The notes under the pieces are model-generated. The model was given only the letters and a program-made list of their open reading frames with translations. It had not been told where the DNA came from and made no database searches. This document shows, piece by piece, positions 61,901 to 64,000 of a stretch of DNA of 64,000 nucleotides. A program made the translations under genes and the position numbers. The stretch is from Parachlamydiales bacterium. Lineage in GTDB: Bacteria; Chlamydiota; Chlamydiia; Chlamydiales; JAJFMK01. The stretch lies in contig CAVXVG010000020.1 of assembly GCA_963765145.1 (NCBI GenBank), forward strand, positions 32,001 to 96,000, written 5' to 3'. Position 1 is the first letter of the stretch, and the number at the start of each line of letters is the position of its first letter.

Positions 61901-62068
61901 TAATTCTGTTACTTTACCAACAGCAATCAAATCCCCAAACGTACTTGCAAGCTCTGCTGCCTCCGTCGAATCAGTGGTTAGAATGAGAGGATGTGCGGTG
62001 GCAGGTGTACTGCCCAATAACGAAAAGCTTGACGCTTGACCAGATTGAGAAAGATGAGAAACGCTCAT
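58956..62068 (-). CDS. Large RNI-like LRR protein with helical and coiled-coil N-half, frameshifted at 60559-60564
   Basis: ~28-aa LRRs (LDFSGNEVG, LSLNGNRIK, LYLSNTSIT); the frame between the track ORFs is open; adding one A gives 1037 aa. Confidence 0.8.
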
Positions 62069-62323
62069 TTGACCTCCTAAAAGTCACTCCATAGTAACAT
62101 GAATTCGGTGAAAAACCACAAAATAAAAGCGCTCTTTTGAATAAAATCCAAAGATCTTCGGTGATTTTTTTGAACAATAGATCGAAAAATTATAAATGCG
62201 GAAATGTTCTAATTGGTCAGATTTGTTTCTCGTGGGTAGTTAAACGCCGTAAAGCACTTAATTTGTTTAGTAAAGACGATGGCGGGTCTTTAGGATCCAC
62301 TTCAGAATGTAGGGGGAAATTTT

Positions 62324-62611
62324 TTATGAAGATTGTTTTCTGATTAATTCATGCTCTTTGATTCCAAGCATTCTTTCTTTATAGTCAATATCCGCTGGGT
62401 CTCCCTTCTTTTTAGTTTTATTAAGTTCATTGAGTGCCTTATCTCTGGCCACACGCATTTCTTTGACCTGTTTGCCAACTTTTGCAAGTTCAGCTTTTAT
62501 TTCTGCGATTTCTTTTTTTTCGCTACTAACGGTGGGTCCCTCGTTAAATTTCTCTGCAAATGTTTTGGTTTTTGCCGGGAAAGTTTGGCTATCTTCCACC
62601 ATGGTTGCCAC
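62324..62611 (-). CDS. Short coiled-coil hypothetical protein or gene fragment
   Basis: K/E-rich 95-aa ORF; start unclear. Confidence 0.4.
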   Translation of the reverse strand: MATMVEDSQTFPAKTKTFAEKFNEGPTVSSEKKEIAEIKAELAKVGKQVKEMRVARDKALNELNKTKKKGDPADIDYKERMLGIKEHELIRKQSS

Positions 62612-62891
62612 TTCTGCGCTCTTTTCAGGCGAAGAGGTTGCGGCCTTAAAAAGGGAGGGGAAAGATGGTGTTTCCTTTGCTTTTTAAAACAATTTATAAA
62701 GGGAAGAAAAAAGAAGAAGAGTCAGTGCTCCCCTTTCCCACAATTTAACTTAGAAAGATTTACTGAATATTAATTTTTGATTAACAGTATACGACTGTTT
62801 ATGCCAATCGTAACAAATAGCACGACGTAAATAAATTCTTTAAACATGCTTTATCCTCCTCATTTACAAGGGAAAGTAGAGGGGGAACTCT

Positions 62892-64000
62892 ATGAGTGGA
62901 TCGAAGCCTGTAGGCGATGGCATTGTTAATTTTTTCTTCCAAAATCTTTTGGAAAAAAGCCCCGTTAAAAATCCAAAAAATGAACCCGTCAAAAAGCTTT
63001 GGAAAAAGGCTCAAGAATCTCTGATGGAAAACAACGATCAGCTGCTGAAGATATGCGAAGATCTCGAAAAAAGCAAAAATAACTTTAAGATAGATCAAAC
63101 TCTGCCGTTAAAAAAGGCAGAATCGGATACATCAAAGCTTTTAAACATTCTTCAGGATACTTCTGCTAAAGAAAAGGCTCATGAATTTTTAAAAAAAGAA
63201 GGCGTCGAGGTCGTCTTAGATGAGACCCAGGCAGTAGAGGCTCTGAAGGGGAATGTTGGTACAAACAGCCCGCTTAGAGAGGCTGCTGCAAAAATCCTGA
63301 TGAAAAATCGGGATGTCTACGAGGGAGATGGTCTTATTGTGATCAAGCGCAAGCATAAGACCGGAGAGGAGAAAATCCAAGTCTTTCACGTCGCCGGAAA
63401 GGATCGCGTGGAGCTGGCAGAGGGGGGTTTTAATAAAATCTACAAAATACGAGAAGAGGTTTTTGGCAAGTCCTACAAAGATAAAGCGGCTATCTACAGG
63501 GAAGGTCTGCCGGATAAGGCAGTTGAATCTGATGCTCCTATATTGGAATGGATCGAAAAAGACAGTGGCGGCACTATGCCTGAGGGGATTCGCAAGCAGT
63601 ACAAAGTAGAAGGAAAAGCAGTAGACGGAAAAATCATGAAGTTCTACGACGGAGGAAAAAAATCTCTCGATGATAAACAGGCTTTTAGGGCACTGAAAGG
63701 GCCTATGAATGCTCTTTTGTACTTTAAAAAGAAAGGCATTGCCCATATCGACCTTAAAGTTGAAAACCTATTGCTGGAAAATGGGAAAGCTGTGGTCACA
63801 GATTTTGACAGAGTGCGTATCTTTCCGGATTTTGACGAAAACACTCAGGACAAACAACAGACGGCTCAAGTCATCTTGAAGTATTTAGGCCCGAACGAAA
63901 AAATTGCGTTTACAGGCTTGAATCAAAATGTTAAGGAAGTGGCTCAATATAAATCGTATATGGCGATAATTCGCCCGGCGCTTGAAGCCTTGAGCCGTGG
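62892..64000 (+). CDS. Eukaryotic-like Ser/Thr kinase, runs off the window (not in ORF track)
   Basis: ATG 62892 after GAGGGGG; LAEGGFNKIY, HIDLKVENLL, VTDFD. Confidence 0.8.
   Translation, partial: MSGSKPVGDGIVNFFFQNLLEKSPVKNPKNEPVKKLWKKAQESLMENNDQLLKICEDLEKSKNNFKIDQTLPLKKAESDTSKLLNILQDTSAKEKAHEFLKKEGVEVVLDETQAVEALKGNVGTNSPLREAAAKILMKNRDVYEGDGLIVIKRKHKTGEEKIQVFHVAGKDRVELAEGGFNKIYKIREEVFGKSYKDKAAIYREGLPDKAVESDAPILEWIEKDSGGTMPEGIRKQYKVEGKAVDGKIMKFYDGGKKSLDDKQAFRALKGPMNALLYFKKKGIAHIDLKVENLLLENGKAVVTDFDRVRIFPDFDENTQDKQQTAQVILKYLGPNEKIAFTGLNQNVKEVAQYKSYMAIIRPALEALSR

Overview
Chromosomal window from a member of the Chlamydiota, probably an environmental lineage. Evidence: a GrgA-like gene after gapA, an S10-spc-alpha cluster that starts at rplC and lacks rpsJ/rpsN/rpmD/adk/map/infA/rpsD, lnt-lpxC-fabZ-lpxA-fmt, and an Lpg1974-type porin. 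1-18.8 kb holds housekeeping and envelope genes, palindromic intergenic elements, a eukaryotic-like kinase and three related membrane-protein genes arranged as an AB fusion followed by free A and B. 19.1-33.3 kb holds the ribosomal super-operon, gapA and grgA. From tRNA-Leu(TAA) at 33371 there is a tandem series of integrated elements, separated by progressively decayed tRNA 3'-half copies at 46604, 49319 and ~58819. (1) A 13.2-kb satellite/PICI-like element with integrase, a degenerate-integrase/IS5-HTH chimera, Xis-like protein, DUF927 helicase, primase, TerS-like and HGGxSTG-like genes, two mirrored iteron clusters and AT-rich cargo. (2) A 2.7-kb integrase-less cassette with the same ends, carrying an AbiE type IV TA pair. 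(3) An older ~9.5-kb segment of effector-like genes. Four genes are each broken by one missing base in a homopolymer, probably assembly errors. All family assignments are by eye from motifs; no searches were run.
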